The notes below the pieces were generated by a model, which was not told the origin of the DNA, did no database searches, and saw only the letters and a list, made by a program, of their open reading frames with translations. Of a stretch of 64,000 nt of DNA, positions 54,690 through 64,000 are shown piece after piece. Origin of the DNA: Hyphomicrobium sp. (GTDB taxonomy: Bacteria > Pseudomonadota > Alphaproteobacteria > Rhizobiales > Hyphomicrobiaceae); assembly GCA_041940525.1 (NCBI GenBank), contig JBGTSB010000003.1, positions 6,916-70,915 of the forward strand, given 5' to 3'. Made by a program: the position numbers and the translations under genes. Every line of letters begins with the position of its first letter. The first letter of the stretch is position 1.

Positions 54690-56462
54690 TTACGGCTGGG
54701 CTGTTTCAGGAGACGAGGGTGGAAGCGGCGCTGGCGTTTCCGGCCTGACTGAGCCAGGCGCCGGCAGCCGTTCTGCAGAGCTGTCATTCGCGGGCGAATT
54801 GCCGTCGGCGGCACCGGCTTCACTTGGCTCGCCGGGTGAATCGGACGTCAAAGACGCTTCAAGCTGATCCTCGATCTGGCCAATCGCGTCATCAACGGCA
54901 TGGCGTGCTTCGACCTTTGTCAGCCAGTCTTGCGCTGGGCCGGAAGCAGCAGGAGGAATTGTCTTGGCATGTTCGAGTACTTCTCCGAGGCGCCCCTCGG
55001 TCAATGCGTTCTGCATGCGCGAGACAACAGCGCTGGCGCTCTTGTCGTCGTCGGTCGGATTGAGGTTTCGCACCCTTACGATCGATTTCGCGCCGGCAAC
55101 GAGCTTGTCGATCACGCCGCCCTTCTCTGGCATTTCAGCCGCGTCGATGACGGCATTCGCGACGGGCCGGAACTCCTGGCGCAGTTCGCCAATCGTCGCC
55201 ACGCCGGTACCTTGAAACCGGCCCAGTGGCGACAGGTCAAGCTTACCGCCGGCGACATCGCGAACCTTGGACAGTGCGTCGGTGTAAGGTTGCCCGCTGT
55301 CCACGAGGCGTTTCAGGTTGGCAAGCTGCAGCGACACGACGATGCGCTCTGCATTCGTGCGGCGTTCCTCTTCGCTCTTGATAACAGCCGCCAAGCCATC
55401 TTCCAGCGCTGCCAGCTTCTTGCTCAACGGGTCAATCGCTTCACCGACGCCGCCTTTCACTTGCGTTGAAACGGTGCTCTTCAACTCACTAAACTCACTA
55501 GAAAGCTTTGCAGCTTCCTCCTGAAGAACTTGCATCTTCGCGGCGTCGCGTTCGCTGTCGGCCTTCAAGGTTTCAATGCGCTGTTCAAGCCGGGCCGCTT
55601 CGGTTTTCAAACCGCTGATATCGCCGCTAAGCCGCTGCGTTCCAGCCCGTGCCGCGACGGCATCCTTGGCGGCCTCTCTAATACGAGACTCAACATTCTG
55701 CGGCATCGACCGCCGCACTTGATCGATTTCCTTGGTCAGCGAAGTCTGGACGTCTGAAAGTTTGCCCGACACGGCAACGAGCTGCGAAATGCCGCCTTCG
55801 GATGCGCCGTCTTGCGCACCCTTGGCGATCGTCGCAAGCCGTTGGTCAAGCGCATCCAGACGCTTCTCGGTCGCTTCGCTCAGCGCCGCGGAAGACGCCT
55901 CTTTCAATGCGTCCTGCGTTTCCTGCGCGATGGCTTGCTGCGTCTTGCTCAAGCTCGCGGTCTGCGTTTCCAAGTCAGCGATACGCTTGTCGACTGCGCT
56001 AAGCTCACCAGAGACAGCCTGAGTGCCATTCGACTGCTCGACTGCAGCAAGGCGGCGCTCAAGCTTCCAAGTCTGCGTTTTGAGATCCTGCGCCGGGGTG
56101 GTCACGCCAAGATATGGTGCGACCCACTCCGCCGCTGCCACGGCAAACACGCCGCCCGCGATGCCAGCCAGCACGTGACTGAAGATCCCGGCACCTGACG
56201 TCCGCGCTGGTGGTGGCGTCCCTTTTGCGCTGTCCTTACCCTCGGCTTTCGCCGTCGAGGCATCCTTGTCCTTGACGTCGGCCTTGCCCGGTTCGCTGGC
56301 CTTGGTTTGATCGGTCGGCCCGGCCGCGGCGCTAGCCTTGTCTGAACTAGCGGCCTTCTTCTCCGGTTCTTTGCCGGCAGCCGTGACGTCCTCGGCTTTC
56401 AAGTCCAAGGTCGCGTGCGGCCTTTTAGCATCGGACGGGTTGTCTTTTTTCGAGTTCGACAT
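54690..56462 (-). CDS. Alphaproteobacterial Mic60/mitofilin-like protein (COG4223)
   Basis: The start is at ATG 56462 (MSNSKKDN). It has a single TM helix (IFSHVLAGIAGGVFAVAAAEW), a long coiled-coil region, and a conserved C-terminal domain (...GRLGEVLEHAKTIPPAASGPAQDWLTKVEARHAV). It sits between hemD and hemY. Confidence 0.7.
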   Translation of the reverse strand: MSNSKKDNPSDAKRPHATLDLKAEDVTAAGKEPEKKAASSDKASAAAGPTDQTKASEPGKADVKDKDASTAKAEGKDSAKGTPPPARTSGAGIFSHVLAGIAGGVFAVAAAEWVAPYLGVTTPAQDLKTQTWKLERRLAAVEQSNGTQAVSGELSAVDKRIADLETQTASLSKTQQAIAQETQDALKEASSAALSEATEKRLDALDQRLATIAKGAQDGASEGGISQLVAVSGKLSDVQTSLTKEIDQVRRSMPQNVESRIREAAKDAVAARAGTQRLSGDISGLKTEAARLEQRIETLKADSERDAAKMQVLQEEAAKLSSEFSELKSTVSTQVKGGVGEAIDPLSKKLAALEDGLAAVIKSEEERRTNAERIVVSLQLANLKRLVDSGQPYTDALSKVRDVAGGKLDLSPLGRFQGTGVATIGELRQEFRPVANAVIDAAEMPEKGGVIDKLVAGAKSIVRVRNLNPTDDDKSASAVVSRMQNALTEGRLGEVLEHAKTIPPAASGPAQDWLTKVEARHAVDDAIGQIEDQLEASLTSDSPGEPSEAGAADGNSPANDSSAERLPAPGSVRPETPAPLPPSSPETAQP

Positions 56463-56575
56463 GAAACAGAAGTTCTCCGGACGTAAACGAAGGTGCACCG
56501 GCAAGGGGAATCGCACGCTTCGTAGCGGCAATTTGAAAGCCAAAATGTGTGTGGTTTACTAAGGCTCAATGGCGC

Positions 56576-57304
56576 TCAGTGCTGATTTGACGCTAACTCT
56601 CCTACTAAGGCCAGTATTTCTTCCAATGCTGGCCGTGCTGCAACATAAATCGGCTGCGAAGCATCAAAGTCCAAGCTATCGGCGACGGCCTGCGACAGAC
56701 AGAAGTAGACCATGCAACCTGCCGCATCGCCAACCCCAGCGTTTTCAGCCAGCCGGACGAACAGTTTCGCGGTGCGTGGCGACATTAAGATGACGCCGCC
56801 GGCTGTGCCGGACCGGATTTGCGAAATAACCGCGTCTGGCAGCGATTGGGCCTCAACCATCGTGTAAACAATCTCGCGGCGGACCTTGAACTCATGTTCG
56901 CGCAATGCCGCCGGGAGGTCAAAGGCCATAGCGTCGCCGCTGAGGTAGAGCAAAGGCCCATCGCCGGGTCTGAAACGGCTCTGGATCACGTCAACAAGTT
57001 CGCGGGCGCCCTTTTCGCCGGAATACACCGTCGTGAATCCAACAGAGCGCGCCAGCTCTTCGCTAGCCGGCCCGGCGACGATGACGGGCAATTTAGTCGC
57101 GGCTTTCAATGACGGGGATTGCGCCAGCGCCCGCAGTGCGTTCCGGCTGGTAGCAATGATCGCCTGCGCATCTTCGGGCGGCGCTTCAACCGTTGCGAAG
57201 TCCGGTCGCAACAGCGGCGCGAGCGATACCGTGTGACCGAGGTCAAGGAGTGGCCGTGTTAGCCGTTCTGAATCCGCTTCGGGTCTGGTGACGATCAGAT
57301 GCAT
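56576..57304 (-). CDS. hemD: Uroporphyrinogen-III synthase
   Basis: MHLIVTRPEADSERL...AIIATSRNALRAL... is HemD-like. Its position immediately downstream of hemC supports the call, and its start overlaps the hemC stop. Confidence 0.8.
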   Translation of the reverse strand: MHLIVTRPEADSERLTRPLLDLGHTVSLAPLLRPDFATVEAPPEDAQAIIATSRNALRALAQSPSLKAATKLPVIVAGPASEELARSVGFTTVYSGEKGARELVDVIQSRFRPGDGPLLYLSGDAMAFDLPAALREHEFKVRREIVYTMVEAQSLPDAVISQIRSGTAGGVILMSPRTAKLFVRLAENAGVGDAAGCMVYFCLSQAVADSLDFDASQPIYVAARPALEEILALVGELASNQH

Positions 57305-58248
57305 CAGTTGATATGTGGCAAAAGGCCGGGCTTGGCGGTGGTCAGGATCGTAGCGCCGGCTTCATCACCGATGCGCTCGGCATCCTCTTTGGCGCCAAAC
57401 CCCGTCGTTGCGCATTCGTCGGATCCGTCCGGCGCCAGGATGCTGCCGGAAAACTTGAGTTCCCCTTCCGAAATCTGAGCCAAGCCGGCAATCGGTGTGC
57501 GGCAAGAACCCTCAAGCCTCTCTAAAAACGCACGCTCTGCGGCGACGCAATAGGCGGTATTCTCGTGGTTTAAGGGCGCGATGGCCGTGCGGACAGTCTC
57601 GTCATCTTCGCGCATCTCAATACCGATCGCGCCTTGCGCGACAGCTGGCAACATCACGTCGACCGGCATAGCCGCTGTGATGTGCTCGGCCATTCCAAGC
57701 CGGTTCAGGCCCGCGCAGGCGAGGAAGGTCGCGTCAGCAACGCCCTCTTCGAGCTTTCGCAAACGCGTCTGCACATTGCCGCGAAAGCCGACGACCTCAA
57801 GGTCGGGACGCGCGCGTCTAACTTGCGCTGCACGCCGCAGTGATGACGTGCCAACCTTGGCACCGGCCGGAAGCGCCGCCAGCGCCGCGTAGCTGCGGCT
57901 GATGAAGGCATCCCGCACGTCCTCCCGTTCGAGAACCGCGCCAATCTTCAACCCGTCGGGCAGGACCGTTTGCACGTCTTTCATGGAATGCACGGCTATA
58001 TCGATTGCCTTGCTGAAGAGAGCTTCTTCGATTTCTTTGGTAAACAGCCCCTTGCCGCCTATCTCGGCCAGCGGCCGGTCAAGCACCATATCGCCGGTCG
58101 TCTTGATGACGACGATCGGATAGTCTTCCTCTCCACCCCCGTTCACGGCTATCAGCCTCCGGCGCACCTCGTGAGCCTGAGCCAGCGCCAGGGGAGAGCC
58201 CCGTGTGCCAATGCGGATGGGTAGTCCTTGCAAGCGTTCGATCCTCAA
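57304..58248 (-). CDS. hemC: Hydroxymethylbilane synthase (porphobilinogen deaminase)
   Basis: IRIGTRGSPLALAQA, IKTTGD, AVHSMKD, SSLRRAAQ and RGNVQTRL are present, along with the conserved Cys in EGSCRTPI. Confidence 0.9.
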   Translation of the reverse strand: MRIERLQGLPIRIGTRGSPLALAQAHEVRRRLIAVNGGGEEDYPIVVIKTTGDMVLDRPLAEIGGKGLFTKEIEEALFSKAIDIAVHSMKDVQTVLPDGLKIGAVLEREDVRDAFISRSYAALAALPAGAKVGTSSLRRAAQVRRARPDLEVVGFRGNVQTRLRKLEEGVADATFLACAGLNRLGMAEHITAAMPVDVMLPAVAQGAIGIEMREDDETVRTAIAPLNHENTAYCVAAERAFLERLEGSCRTPIAGLAQISEGELKFSGSILAPDGSDECATTGFGAKEDAERIGDEAGATILTTAKPGLLPHIN

Positions 58249-58317
58249 TGCTAGGCCAGCGATGAAAGACGGACTGCACGCTTTACTGCATCAGCCCCGT
58301 AAGTCAAAGCAATCGCC

Positions 58318-59433
58318 ATGCAATCGACCAATAGTGATCCGGAAAATGCTCAGCGCGGCGGCCGCATTGCCGTCCTCGGCATCGAGACGAGCTGTGATGA
58401 AACCGCAGCCAGCGTGGTCGTGCGCAATGGCGATGGTAAAGGCGAAATCCTGTCCAACATCGTCCGATCCCAATGGCAAGAGCACGGGCCGTTTGGCGGG
58501 GTCGTTCCGGAAATTGCCGCCCGCGCCCACGCCGAGTGTCTGGATGAGATCATCAAGGAAGCCATGCTCTCGTCTGGCCTGAGTTTCGAGGATCTGGATG
58601 GTGTTGCGGCAACGGCCGGGCCTGGCTTGAATAGCGGACTGATTGTGGGGCTGATCTCGGGCAAGGCGATCGCGCTAGCGCACAGCAAACCGCTCATGGC
58701 AATCAATCATTTGGAAGCGCATGCCCTCACGGTTGGACTAACGGAACAGCTTCAGCCGCCCTATCTGCTGTTGCTGATTTCCGGCGGCCACACGCAACTT
58801 CTGGCAGTCAACGGTGTCGGCACTTACGAACGGTTAGGCACCACGATCGACGACGCCTTGGGTGAAGCGTTCGACAAGACGGCCAAGCTGCTTGGCCTTG
58901 AAATGCCAGGCGGTCCATCCGTCGAAGCCGCCGCCCGCAAAGGTAATCCTAAGCGCTTTGCATTCCCACGGCCAATGGCCGGCCGTCCCGAACTGCACTT
59001 TTCCTTTGCAGGACTGAAAACGGCTGTCCGTCAAAAGGCGACAGCGCTTCAACCTCTGAGCCATCAGGACATCGCCGACATTTGCGCGTCCTTCCAAGCA
59101 GCCGTCGCGGGAAGCCTGGCGGACCGTTTGCAAGGTGCGCTGAAACTATTGCAAGAGCGCGGCAGCGCAGCCGCTCGCCATCTTGTCGTTGCCGGTGGCG
59201 TCGCAGCCAATCAAACCCTGGCGCAGCTGATCCGAAACACGACCGAAGCACACGGCTGCAAGCTCTCGATCCCGCCGGCATCTCTATGTGGAGACAACGC
59301 CGCCATGATCGCCTGGGCTGGCGCTGAACGGCTGCGGCTTGGCCTGACGGACGGGTTGGATTTCGCCGCGAGGCCACGTTGGCCGCTCGACGAGAAAGCA
59401 CCGCCCGCCAGCGGTGCCGGCGTCAAAGCCTAG
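58318..59433 (+). CDS. tsaD: tRNA N6-adenosine threonylcarbamoyltransferase
   Basis: [33 protein letters not shown] and VVAGGVAAN are present. Confidence 0.9.
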   Translation: MQSTNSDPENAQRGGRIAVLGIETSCDETAASVVVRNGDGKGEILSNIVRSQWQEHGPFGGVVPEIAARAHAECLDEIIKEAMLSSGLSFEDLDGVAATAGPGLNSGLIVGLISGKAIALAHSKPLMAINHLEAHALTVGLTEQLQPPYLLLLISGGHTQLLAVNGVGTYERLGTTIDDALGEAFDKTAKLLGLEMPGGPSVEAAARKGNPKRFAFPRPMAGRPELHFSFAGLKTAVRQKATALQPLSHQDIADICASFQAAVAGSLADRLQGALKLLQERGSAAARHLVVAGGVAANQTLAQLIRNTTEAHGCKLSIPPASLCGDNAAMIAWAGAERLRLGLTDGLDFAARPRWPLDEKAPPASGAGVKA

Positions 59434-60092
59434 CTCAGCACGATGTTGAAAGTGCCTGCCAACGCGCCCTCTTCCAGCCGGTCGGCCTCTTCCAGCTTTA
59501 CAAGAACGCTGTCTCGCTCCTTTTGCGGGAGGCTGTTCAAGATTCCATCGCGAGCATTTCCGGGATCACCCGCGACATACATCTGCGTTATCAGCGTCTC
59601 ACGCTCGGGTGCTTCGACCTTAAAATGGATATGTGGCGTCCGCCCAGGATACGCGACGGGCCGGATTGTGCGGAAGCTGTAGTTGCCCTGGGCATCCGTC
59701 ACGTAGTGCCCACGGCTCTGGAAGCCGGGATCAACGTCACGCTTTGAAAACCAGCTGCGGTCTCGAGGGTGCCGGTAAACCCCGTTGTTGTCGCACTGCC
59801 AGATCTCAACGCGCGCATTGCGGATCGGATGACCCGACGCATCAAGCACCTGACCGGTTACGTGAGTGATCTTGCCAAGTGCTCTTGCGGCCTCTCCCCG
59901 TACCTGCACCAAGTCGTTGTCAATATCGCCAGACCAGTCGACAGGATAGAATGGTCCTTCCGTTTGCTGTGGTGTCGCCGTTAGCGCATCGTTGGCGCGT
60001 AGCAATTTATGACCAAGCGGAAGAGCTGCCGCGGTAACCAACCCGCGAACGACCGTACGGCGTCCAATCCAAGGTGTCTTGGTATTGCTCAT
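59430..60092 (-). CDS. Intradiol ring-cleavage dioxygenase family protein with a Tat-like signal
   Basis: The N-terminus contains RRTVVRGL. The core is TEGPFYP...[15 protein letters not shown]...[10 protein letters not shown]. The 3' ends of this gene and tsaD overlap by 4 nt (convergent). Confidence 0.7.
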   Translation of the reverse strand: MSNTKTPWIGRRTVVRGLVTAAALPLGHKLLRANDALTATPQQTEGPFYPVDWSGDIDNDLVQVRGEAARALGKITHVTGQVLDASGHPIRNARVEIWQCDNNGVYRHPRDRSWFSKRDVDPGFQSRGHYVTDAQGNYSFRTIRPVAYPGRTPHIHFKVEAPERETLITQMYVAGDPGNARDGILNSLPQKERDSVLVKLEEADRLEEGALAGTFNIVLS

Positions 60093-60165
60093 AATGAAGC
60101 CCCTTTGCGTACGCCATGATATGAATGTCTCCTAAACGAACCAACCGGCGAAAATCCGTCTCTAC

Positions 60166-60801
60166 ATGTCTCATCCATCAGCAGCGCAAACTCACGTCGC
60201 CGGCGTCATTCTGGCCGGCGGCGGCTCGACGCGCATGGGCGGCGGCGACAAGGGTCTGATATCGCTGAACGAAAGCACCATGCTCGACCATGTGATCAGC
60301 CGGCTGAAGCCGCAAGTCAGCCAGCTGATCATAAACGCCAATGGCGAGCCAGACCGGTTTGCGCGGTTTGGCGTCCCGGTCGTTCCAGACGGAGTGCATG
60401 CTGGGCAAGGCCCGCTATCAGGCGTTCTCGCCGGGCTGGATTGGGCAAGCCGCGATCCCAGCCTGTCAGCGATTGTAACCGTGGCGTCGGACACACCCTT
60501 CTTGCCGGATGACTTGGTCGCGAGACTGCTCGAAGCTAATAAACCGTTCGCCGTCGCTGCATCGCAGGGCCGGGTCCATCCAACGATCGGGCTTTGGCCC
60601 TTGACCATGGCGGGCCCAATCGAAACGGAATTGTCGGATGGCAAGAGACAGGCGCAAGCCTTCGTGCGCGACCATGGTGCTGCCACTGTGAACTTTGGCG
60701 TAAGCAACGAGAACGGCCACCAAGTCGACCCATTCTTCAACGCCAACACGCCGGAAGATCTGGACTGGGCGCGCCGCATATTGCAAACATCGGCGCCATG
60801 A
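60166..60801 (+). CDS. mobA: Molybdenum cofactor guanylyltransferase
   Basis: GVILAGGGSTRMGGGDKGL, PDGVHAGQGPLSGVLAGL and VASDTPFLP are present. Confidence 0.85.
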   Translation: MSHPSAAQTHVAGVILAGGGSTRMGGGDKGLISLNESTMLDHVISRLKPQVSQLIINANGEPDRFARFGVPVVPDGVHAGQGPLSGVLAGLDWASRDPSLSAIVTVASDTPFLPDDLVARLLEANKPFAVAASQGRVHPTIGLWPLTMAGPIETELSDGKRQAQAFVRDHGAATVNFGVSNENGHQVDPFFNANTPEDLDWARRILQTSAP

Positions 60802-61313
60802 CAAAACCTCCCGTCATCGGTGTCGCCGGTTGGAAAAATTCGGGCAAGACGACGCTCACCGTGAAGCTTGTAGAAGCGTTCGCAGCTCGTGGCCTCAAAG
60901 TGGCAACGATCAAACACGCACATCACAGCTTTCAAATTGACGAGGGCGAGACCGACAGCGCCCGGCACCGCCGCGCAGGCGCCAGCGAAGTGGCGATTGT
61001 ATCGGGCGGGCGCTGGGCCATCGTCCATGAACTGCGTGACGAGCCAGAACCAAGCTTTAGCGATATGCTGGACCGGCTATCGCCTGTTGATCTCGTGATC
61101 GCCGAAGGCTTCAAGCGCGAGCCTATCTCGAAGGTTGAGGTGCGCCGTTCCGAAAGTAAATCAAAGGAGCCGCTTGCGGCCTCCGATCCGAACATCATCG
61201 CGATCGCTACGGATCACGAGACCGATGGCGGAACGCTACCTGTATTTGCGCTCGACGATATAGATGGCATCGCCAAACTCATCGCACAGCATTTGGGATT
61301 GCACCTCTCATGA
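60798..61313 (+). CDS. mobB: Molybdopterin-guanine dinucleotide biosynthesis adapter protein MobB
   Basis: The internal ATG 60798 gives MTKPPVIGVAGWKNSGKTTLTVKLV...IKHAHHSFQID. It overlaps the mobA stop (ATGA). Confidence 0.85.
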   Translation: MTKPPVIGVAGWKNSGKTTLTVKLVEAFAARGLKVATIKHAHHSFQIDEGETDSARHRRAGASEVAIVSGGRWAIVHELRDEPEPSFSDMLDRLSPVDLVIAEGFKREPISKVEVRRSESKSKEPLAASDPNIIAIATDHETDGGTLPVFALDDIDGIAKLIAQHLGLHLS

Positions 61314-62065
61314 CGCCAAGAACGCCAGCGATCCTGCTGATCTTCACCATGGCCTGCTTTGCTTTCGCCGGACCCGCCACTGCGCAGGATCCCAAAGTAC
61401 CACCAGCAGATGATCCCGGCGGCATCGCGATCGGACTAACCGGAGCAGGCGTCGACTACACGGACCCGGAGATCGCGACTGGGCTGGCCAGGGACGGTGA
61501 AGGCAACATCGTCGGCTGGGACTTTGTCGACAACGACATCTTTCCCTATTCGGCTGACGCCGGTTCCAACGGCCATGCCAAACTGATGCTGAGCCACGCG
61601 GGCGTTGAGGTCGTTCCATTCCGCATCGCCGAGCCGAACCATGTCGCCATGGCGGCAGCGTTCCTGTCTCAGACGCCAGCCGGCATTTTGGTTGTCACGG
61701 CTTCAAGCAAAGAACAGAAGGATTGGGAGCTGTTCGCCGCCGCTGCCAACCGGTTTCCGCATCTGTTGTTCCTCGTGCCCGCCGGCGGCAAGGACGGGGA
61801 CTTTCCCGCCGCTTTCAGTTTACCCAACGTCTTGGCGGTTGCCGCCCGTCCTGCGGACACCTCAATCGCAGACCTGGCTTACATCTCACCGCAGGGCCCT
61901 GAGACGAGTGACGTAGAAGCCGCCATCGGCCTCGCAGCGGCCCTGGCGCTATCGTGCGAAGCGGGTGGAAAAACGAACGGGGCAGATCGCAAAACCAGGA
62001 TCTTGGAGCAGCACACCACGCGCGAAGCCAGCCAGCGTCTGCCGGTGTTCAAGCCGTGCGGCTGA
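61310..62065 (+). CDS. Secreted subtilase (S8)-like protein, possibly catalytically degenerate
   Basis: A signal peptide is present. Compare IAIGLTGAGVDYTDPEI with the S8 pattern VIDTGVDYTHP, in which the Asp is apparently absent here. WDFVDNDIFPYSADAGSNGHA carries the His region, and GPETSDVEAAIGLAAAL resembles GTSMAAPHVAG. The start overlaps the mobB stop (ATGA). Confidence 0.45.
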   Translation: MTPRTPAILLIFTMACFAFAGPATAQDPKVPPADDPGGIAIGLTGAGVDYTDPEIATGLARDGEGNIVGWDFVDNDIFPYSADAGSNGHAKLMLSHAGVEVVPFRIAEPNHVAMAAAFLSQTPAGILVVTASSKEQKDWELFAAAANRFPHLLFLVPAGGKDGDFPAAFSLPNVLAVAARPADTSIADLAYISPQGPETSDVEAAIGLAAALALSCEAGGKTNGADRKTRILEQHTTREASQRLPVFKPCG

Positions 62066-62068
62066 CCC

Positions 62069-63193
62069 TCACGCTTTTGAGTGCAAGATCCGGTAGACGC
62101 CGAACCGCGATGTCAGCATGCACAACGCGGCGATCACAATGACCACGATGCCGAGCAGAATGTAGCCCGCCAGATCTAGAGATCCCGTGCCTATCAAACG
62201 CTGGATCTCCGCCAGGGTCACGGCGCCGCCGCCGACAAGACCCAAGATCGTCGGCAGCACCAAAAAGGTCAGCATCGCACAAACCGCGCCAACCAAACCG
62301 GCGCGAATACCAAGGCTGAGGAAGTGCTTTTCGAATTCGCGCGCGATGAAGCGGTCCGTCGCTCCAACGAAGTGCAACACCTCCACAATTTCGCGGTTGG
62401 AGGCCAAGGCGCTGCGTGTGGCTGAAACGATCACGGCGGTTGTCGCCGCCGCCACCAGCAACAAGATGCCCAGCCCGCCAAGCGCGAAGCCGTGCGTCAC
62501 CGTGCGGATCTGCCGTTGCCAGCTGCGATGGTCGTCGAGCGTCACACCCTGGAACTGGCCATCTAGTGAAGCCCTCACGGCATCAAGATCCGGCGGCGAA
62601 TAAGGATCGACCTGCAACGCGATGAGGCGCGGAACAGGAAGGCTCTTCAGAACTTCGATATCGCCAAGCCAAGGTTCGAGCAGCTTGCCGCTCTCTTTGA
62701 TGCTGAGAATCCGGACTGCGGTCACGCCGCGCTCTTTCCGCAGGTAGCTCGCAACGCTGTCGATTAACGGTTGCGCGTCACCGCTATCGGGTGGCTCAAC
62801 CTGAACTGTAACCTCGCTGGCAATGTCCTGGAGCCAAGCGTCCGCCGAGCGGTGGATCATGAACACCGCACCAGCCGTCAGACAGGCGAGAAAACACATG
62901 ATCGAGATCACAAGCGTGAGCGAACCACCGGCAACAGAGCCGGGCGGAACGATCGCGACGTTCATCAGCTCATGGGCGGACGGCTGCTTCTTGCGCTTGC
63001 CCATACGCGATGGCGCCTGTGTCGGCTCCTCGCGAACGAAGTCACCCGTGTGGCTCAGCGGATCGAATTCCGCGCCCGGCCGGCCGGTTTGCGTCGGCGG
63101 CACGTCGAAATCCGGATAAGCCTCTGGCTCCGTGCGCAATCGAGCGCCGCGTTGGGCGGCCCAGCGTGCATCCTTGTCATACGATCCTGACAT
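62069..63193 (-). CDS. ftsX: Cell division ABC-transporter permease FtsX-like
   Basis: Four-TM FtsX topology with a large periplasmic loop. It lies downstream of and overlaps ftsE, and has the alphaproteobacterial N-terminal extension. Confidence 0.8.
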   Translation of the reverse strand: MSGSYDKDARWAAQRGARLRTEPEAYPDFDVPPTQTGRPGAEFDPLSHTGDFVREEPTQAPSRMGKRKKQPSAHELMNVAIVPPGSVAGGSLTLVISIMCFLACLTAGAVFMIHRSADAWLQDIASEVTVQVEPPDSGDAQPLIDSVASYLRKERGVTAVRILSIKESGKLLEPWLGDIEVLKSLPVPRLIALQVDPYSPPDLDAVRASLDGQFQGVTLDDHRSWQRQIRTVTHGFALGGLGILLLVAAATTAVIVSATRSALASNREIVEVLHFVGATDRFIAREFEKHFLSLGIRAGLVGAVCAMLTFLVLPTILGLVGGGAVTLAEIQRLIGTGSLDLAGYILLGIVVIVIAALCMLTSRFGVYRILHSKA

Positions 63194-63839
63194 GGCCCTC
63201 GTGCAGCTCCAGCCGCGGCGCCTTGAACTGCCGCATCAATTGATGGTCATGGGTGGCGATAAGAACGGACGTTCCCAGCCGGTTAAGTTCGATGAACAGG
63301 CGCAACAGCCGCCGTGCCATCTGCGGGTCGACGTTACCGGTCGGCTCGTCGGCAAGCAGAACTTCCGGTTTGCGGATCAATGCCCGGGCAATGGCCGCGC
63401 GCTGCTTTTCACCGCCTGAGAGCACGGACGGGTAGGCATGCATCCGGTCGCCTAATCCGACCCACTGAAGAAGATCGGTCACGTCTTCTTTATCGTCATG
63501 AATGTTGGCCCGCTTGTCGACAACGCGAAGCGGCAGCGCAACGTTCTGCCAGGTCGTCAAATGATCAAGCAGACGAAAGTCTTGGAACACGATGCCGACC
63601 CGGCGCCGCAGCTGGGCGCGCTTGGCCGGAGAAATGTGGCTGACATCCTGATTAAACATGTGCAGCTGGCCGCGCGTCGGATGCATGGACATGAACAGAA
63701 GCCGCAGAAGTGACGTTTTGCCCGCGCCCGATGGTCCGGTCAAAAAGTGGAACGAACCAGGCTTGAGATGAAAATTGACATCGGAAAGAACCTCCGGTCC
63801 CCGGTCATATCTTAGTCCGACATTCGTCAAGCGGATCAC
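63177..63839 (-). CDS. ftsE: Cell division ATP-binding protein FtsE
   Basis: GPSGAGKTSLLRL (Walker A), LSGGEKQRAAIARAL (ABC signature) and LLADEPTGNVD (Walker B). Confidence 0.9.
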   Translation of the reverse strand: MIRLTNVGLRYDRGPEVLSDVNFHLKPGSFHFLTGPSGAGKTSLLRLLFMSMHPTRGQLHMFNQDVSHISPAKRAQLRRRVGIVFQDFRLLDHLTTWQNVALPLRVVDKRANIHDDKEDVTDLLQWVGLGDRMHAYPSVLSGGEKQRAAIARALIRKPEVLLADEPTGNVDPQMARRLLRLFIELNRLGTSVLIATHDHQLMRQFKAPRLELHEGHVRIV

Positions 63840-64000
63840 GTTGGCGTTCCAATAGTTGTTACGGCGTCATGCGAGACTTGCGCTCCCGGCTTCGCGCCCG
63901 TCTCCAAGATGCCCAGTTATGCGAAAAACTTGGACGCCGATCAATCTGTTAGGATTGTGGCAGGCTCGTGTGCAAGTTCACGATGAAGCGGCTAGGATAA

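Noticed and set aside
60192-61028. 278-aa minus-strand ORF across mobA and mobB.
   Set aside because: The plus-strand MobA and MobB motifs (GGxSxRMG, GxxNSGKT) are decisive.
1-64000. Window-wide scan for CRISPR arrays, rRNA genes, intact insertion sequences and prophage genes.
   Set aside because: No regularly spaced direct repeats, no rRNA-like sequence, no complete transposase or integrase, and no phage structural genes were seen.

Overview
This is a high-GC, densely coding chromosomal segment. The gene order looks alphaproteobacterial (Hyphomicrobiales-like): a hemC-hemD-Mic60-like-hemY block, a cobS-cobT-J-domain-bolA block, and an fdxA-carD neighbourhood. I call about 65 protein genes and one tRNA-Thr(CGU). 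I found no rRNA, no CRISPR array and no intact IS element.

The housekeeping content is:
- the yidC 3' end and two TonB-dependent receptors
- carD, fdxA, an S4-domain gene and a large helicase
- rpmB, cobT/cobS, bolA and a CHASE4-GGDEF-EAL protein
- a CNNM transporter and a DUF4212 plus solute:sodium symporter pair
- coaBC-dut, cysK and moeB
- a copper-uptake locus (DUF2946, TonB-dependent receptor, fused YcnI::PCuAC), followed by exbB-exbD-tonB and a NarL-type two-component pair
- an SDR, an orphan higA next to the tRNA, and an alanine/glycine:cation symporter
- tsaD, mobA-mobB and ftsE-ftsX

The stand-out is a low-GC islet at about 33.95-35.9 kb. It carries a compact module of three genes: a 36-aa single-TM peptide, an XRE-type HTH protein, and a 329-aa reverse transcriptase. 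The reverse transcriptase has the retron-lineage NAxxH and VTG motifs and a WVDD catalytic box. A roughly 230-nt hairpin-rich leader precedes the module and could encode an msr-msd RNA, but that part is speculative. No classical retron effector gene is nearby.

Secondary oddities are:
- a CarD/CdnL with an N-terminal histone-H1-like Lys/Ala domain
- a dUTPase with a Lys-rich tail
- a small, highly cationic Cys/His/Arg-rich secreted peptide
- an RTX-like gene that overlaps the next gene by 353 nt
- a truncated IS630 transposase beside an HExxH protein
- a subtilase-like protein that seems to lack the catalytic Asp

All functional calls rest on my own reading of the translations. No database search was run.
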